A stretch of 64,000 bases of DNA from Acidobacteriota bacterium (GTDB taxonomy: Bacteria; Acidobacteriota; UBA890; WLXD01), in NCBI GenBank assembly GCA_963666215.2, contig CAXWPL010000005.1:800001-864000 (forward strand), in the 5' to 3' direction. The position numbers were made by a program, and so were the translations under genes. This document shows, piece by piece, positions 61,280-64,000 of the stretch. Under the pieces are notes generated by a model. It was given only the letters and a program-made list of their open reading frames with translations. It was not told the origin of the DNA and did not search any database. How positions within the stretch are numbered: position 1 is the first letter of the stretch; the number at the start of each line of letters is the position of its first letter.

Positions 61280-61301
61280 CTTTTCTGCGCCCGCGAGTGT
61301 C
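61276..61301 (+). promoter_or_regulatory. Second ECF-type promoter GTGACTT-N16-GTC
   Basis: Matches the 59561 motif; lies about 40 nt before the next ATG. Confidence 0.5.
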
Positions 61302-61342
61302 ATGTTTCAGAGATTCCAACCGCTGCTTCTCTTGGAGACTCC

Positions 61343-62836
61343 ATGTGGAATGACCTGCTAGCTCAAATGAGCGACTTGTTGAGTGGATACGGGCCCAACG
61401 TGCTCGGTGCGCTGTTGATCCTCGTCGGCGGATGGCTCGCCGCTATCTTGCTCAGCGCCCTCGTACGAGGCGCCCTGCGTCGCACCACCGTCGACAATCG
61501 CATCGCCGAGTGGATGGCGGGCACTGAGGGCGCCGACACGCTCGCCGTGGAGAAGGTGATCAGCCGCGTGGTGTTCTACCTCGTGATGCTGTTCGTGCTG
61601 GTGGCCTTCTTCCAGGCGCTCAACCTGACACTAGTCACCGGACCGTTGACCGCCCTGCTGACTCAAATCACGCAGTTCCTACCTCGACTTCTGGCGGCCG
61701 CGTTCCTTCTCGCTGGCGCCTGGGTTGTCGCCACCGCGTTGCGAACGATCGTGCACGCTGCGCTGCGCAGCACCGGGCTCGATCGCAGCTGGAACGGCGA
61801 TGAGGAAGCCACTGAGCTGCCGCTGAGTAAGACGGTGTCCGACGCTGTCTATTGGCTCGTCTACCTGCTTTTCTTGCCCGCCATACTCGGAGCGCTCGCG
61901 ATCGGAGGGCTCCTGGAGCCGGTTCAAGGGCTGACCGACCAGCTACTGGGCTTCTTGCCTAACCTGCTGGCAGCGGCACTGATCTTCGCGGTTGGCTGGT
62001 TTGCGGCAAGGCTCGTGCAGCGCGTCGTTACGAATCTGCTGGCAGCCGCAGGCGCCGACCGACTGGCGACTCAGGTCGGGATCGACACGGCGCTGGGCAA
62101 CCAACGCCTGTCGTCGCTGCTGGGTCTGATCCTCTACGTCTTGATCCTCCTACCGGTGCTGATCTCCTCGCTGAACGCGCTGCAACTCGATGCCATCACG
62201 GCGCCGGCCAGCGAGATGCTGCGGCAGATCTTCGACGCGATTCCCCGCCTCTTTGCCGCCAGCTTGCTGCTGGCGCTCGCCTACTTCGTAGGGCGTCTGA
62301 TAGCAGGGCTGCTCGAGAACCTGCTCGCGGGCGGGGGCTTCAACGGGATGCTTGCGCGACTCGGGCTCGGAGCGGCAACGGAGGGCGTTCGCGCCCCGTC
62401 GGCGATCGCCGCCTCACTGATCATGGTAGCGATCATGCTGTTCGCCACAGTCGAGGCGGCTGGCCTGCTCGGTTTCGACACACTGGCCAACCTCGTATCG
62501 AGCTTCATTGTCTTCGGCGGGCAGGTTGTCCTCGGCGTCGTGCTGTTCAGCATTGGCCTGTTCCTGTCGAACCTCGCCGCCGACACGATCCGAACCGGCG
62601 CCACGCCACAGTCAGCGACGCTGGCGATCGCCGCGCGAGTCGCCATCATCGTTCTGGCCGGTGCCATGGCGCTTCGCCAGATGGGGCTCGCAAACGAGAT
62701 CATCAATCTCGCCTTCGGACTGTTGCTCGGCGCGATTGCAGTGGCGGTCGGACTGGCGTTCGGGCTCGGCTCGCGCGAGGTGGCCGGAGAAAAAATGCGC
62801 GAGTGGGTGCACGCCTGGGACGCGCGCAGGCAATAG
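61343..62836 (+). CDS. CmpX-like multi-TM_helix-repeat membrane protein
   Basis: About five (F/Y)xPxLxAAxxxxxxGW repeats; AFGLGSRE C-terminus. Confidence 0.82.
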   Translation: MWNDLLAQMSDLLSGYGPNVLGALLILVGGWLAAILLSALVRGALRRTTVDNRIAEWMAGTEGADTLAVEKVISRVVFYLVMLFVLVAFFQALNLTLVTGPLTALLTQITQFLPRLLAAAFLLAGAWVVATALRTIVHAALRSTGLDRSWNGDEEATELPLSKTVSDAVYWLVYLLFLPAILGALAIGGLLEPVQGLTDQLLGFLPNLLAAALIFAVGWFAARLVQRVVTNLLAAAGADRLATQVGIDTALGNQRLSSLLGLILYVLILLPVLISSLNALQLDAITAPASEMLRQIFDAIPRLFAASLLLALAYFVGRLIAGLLENLLAGGGFNGMLARLGLGAATEGVRAPSAIAASLIMVAIMLFATVEAAGLLGFDTLANLVSSFIVFGGQVVLGVVLFSIGLFLSNLAADTIRTGATPQSATLAIAARVAIIVLAGAMALRQMGLANEIINLAFGLLLGAIAVAVGLAFGLGSREVAGEKMREWVHAWDARRQ

Positions 62837-62861
62837 CCTCCGGTAGCCCGCTGACGTGTCG

Positions 62862-63647
62862 CTAGCTGGCGATCGTCAGCGAGCTGAACCCGCCGATCTC
62901 GAGATGGTCGAGCACACCATGCAGATCGGCGATGGTCGCCACCTCCGAGGCTTCGTCGGCGGCAAAGCGTCGCTCGCGATCGAGCAGGAGCGCGTCCATG
63001 CCGATGGAGCGCGCGGCGCGCCAGTCCTTCTCCAGATTGTCACCTACGTGGAGCGCCTCACTCGCCTCGACACCGAGCTCGGCGAGCGCGCGCTCGAAGA
63101 TACGTGGATCTGGCTTGGCGAAGCCGACCCGGCTCGAAAAGACGACGACGTTGAACCAGATGCTGAGATTCAGCGAGATCAAAACTTCCTCGATACGCGA
63201 GTCGAAGTTGGAGATGAGCGCCGCTCGAATGCGATTGGAGCGCAGTAGACAAAGCACGCTGGCCGCCTCGCGGTAGGGCTTCCAAGCCTCGGCGCCGCGA
63301 TAGCGGCTGTAGAGGTCGTCGAAGAAGCTGTCGAAATTGTCGACGTCTCCCGCAACCTCCACGACGCGCCGCACGAGAGTGCGCCACCATTCGGTTTCGC
63401 GTCGACGCAGCTCGCGCTCGGGCAAAGGAGGAAACGCCAGCGGCGGCATGCTCGGGAACACCTCTTCGAACGCAGCGTCGATCAGGCCCCTCGGCAAGTC
63501 GGCACCGTGTCGCAAGGCGACGGCGCGGTAGGTCTCGCCTACTGGATGGCGGACCTTCAGGAGTGTGCCACGGGCGTCGAACGTGACTGCTTTGATCTTG
63601 GGCTCCACAGGACGCCACCGCTCGTTCAAGGGATCGTAAATCGCCAA
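62862..63647 (-). CDS. HAD-IA hydrolase (REG-2-like)
   Basis: FDARGTL, ISNFD, KPDPRIF, HVGD. Confidence 0.9.
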   Translation of the reverse strand: MAIYDPLNERWRPVEPKIKAVTFDARGTLLKVRHPVGETYRAVALRHGADLPRGLIDAAFEEVFPSMPPLAFPPLPERELRRRETEWWRTLVRRVVEVAGDVDNFDSFFDDLYSRYRGAEAWKPYREAASVLCLLRSNRIRAALISNFDSRIEEVLISLNLSIWFNVVVFSSRVGFAKPDPRIFERALAELGVEASEALHVGDNLEKDWRAARSIGMDALLLDRERRFAADEASEVATIADLHGVLDHLEIGGFSSLTIAS

Positions 63648-63718
63648 CGTGTCCCCCGGTCAGCTGTGCTCTCGCCGGAACGCGGCCGCCACATCGGCCG
63701 GCCGCCCGCGCCCAGAGG

Positions 63719-64000
63719 CTAGCATCGGTTGAGGTTGTAGCGCATCAGGCGCGCATGCGCACCATCAGGAACGCGCTCGAGGCCGAATACCTCGCCGGCT
63801 GGGCCGCGCCTGCGCGCCAGGATGGCGGCGATCGCCGGGCGATCCTCCTCCTCCAGCTCGAGGCGCAGCGCGGTCAGGTGGGCGTGGAGATGGCTGGCGT
63901 CGCGAATCCCCACGATTGCCGCCCCCACGCCGCGAAGGTCCAGAGTCGCCCGCAGTGCGACATCAGAAAGATCAACCTGTCGACGCGCGGCCACCGCCTG
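63719..64000 (-). CDS. C-terminal part of an aldo/keto reductase (runs off the window)
   Basis: DVALRA..VGAAIVG.R..HL, GEVFGLER..GAHARLMRYNLN. Confidence 0.65.
   Translation of the reverse strand, partial: QAVAARRQVDLSDVALRATLDLRGVGAAIVGIRDASHLHAHLTALRLELEEEDRPAIAAILARRRGPAGEVFGLERVPDGAHARLMRYNLNRC

Overview
GC-rich bacterial window. The gene content suggests an Acidobacteriota- or Gemmatimonadota-like genome, possibly a MAG (inference only). No rRNA, tRNA, CRISPR or intact mobile element was recognised. In order, it holds: (1) a molybdenum locus with a TPR protein, a degenerate orphan ModA, an ECF T+S fusion with Gly-rich tails, and mosAB storage genes behind a long structured leader; (2) peptidase, permease and glycosyltransferase genes plus proline dehydrogenase; (3) a complete E. 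coli-type nuoA-N operon (fused nuoCD) with a Rex-like box and two coupled mini-ORFs; (4) efp, then a SpoIIE/PP2C phosphatase and a LytS-type kinase that share a near-identical membrane sensor domain, a LytTR regulator, a beta-helix membrane protein and an ABC permease-amidohydrolase fusion; (5) a BlaI repressor, an M56-HEAT sensor and a secreted HEAT protein sharing one operator motif, followed by a cyanophycinase-like enzyme; (6) amino-acid catabolism genes and an NYN-cold-shock fusion; (7) an osmotic-stress cluster with an MscS-FHA fusion coupled to a pseudokinase, bolA, kbp, mscL and an ECF sigma operon with a repeated GTGACTT-N16-GTC promoter. Several single-base frameshifts at 53-59 kb look like sequencing errors. 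All family calls come from motif recognition by eye, with no database searches.
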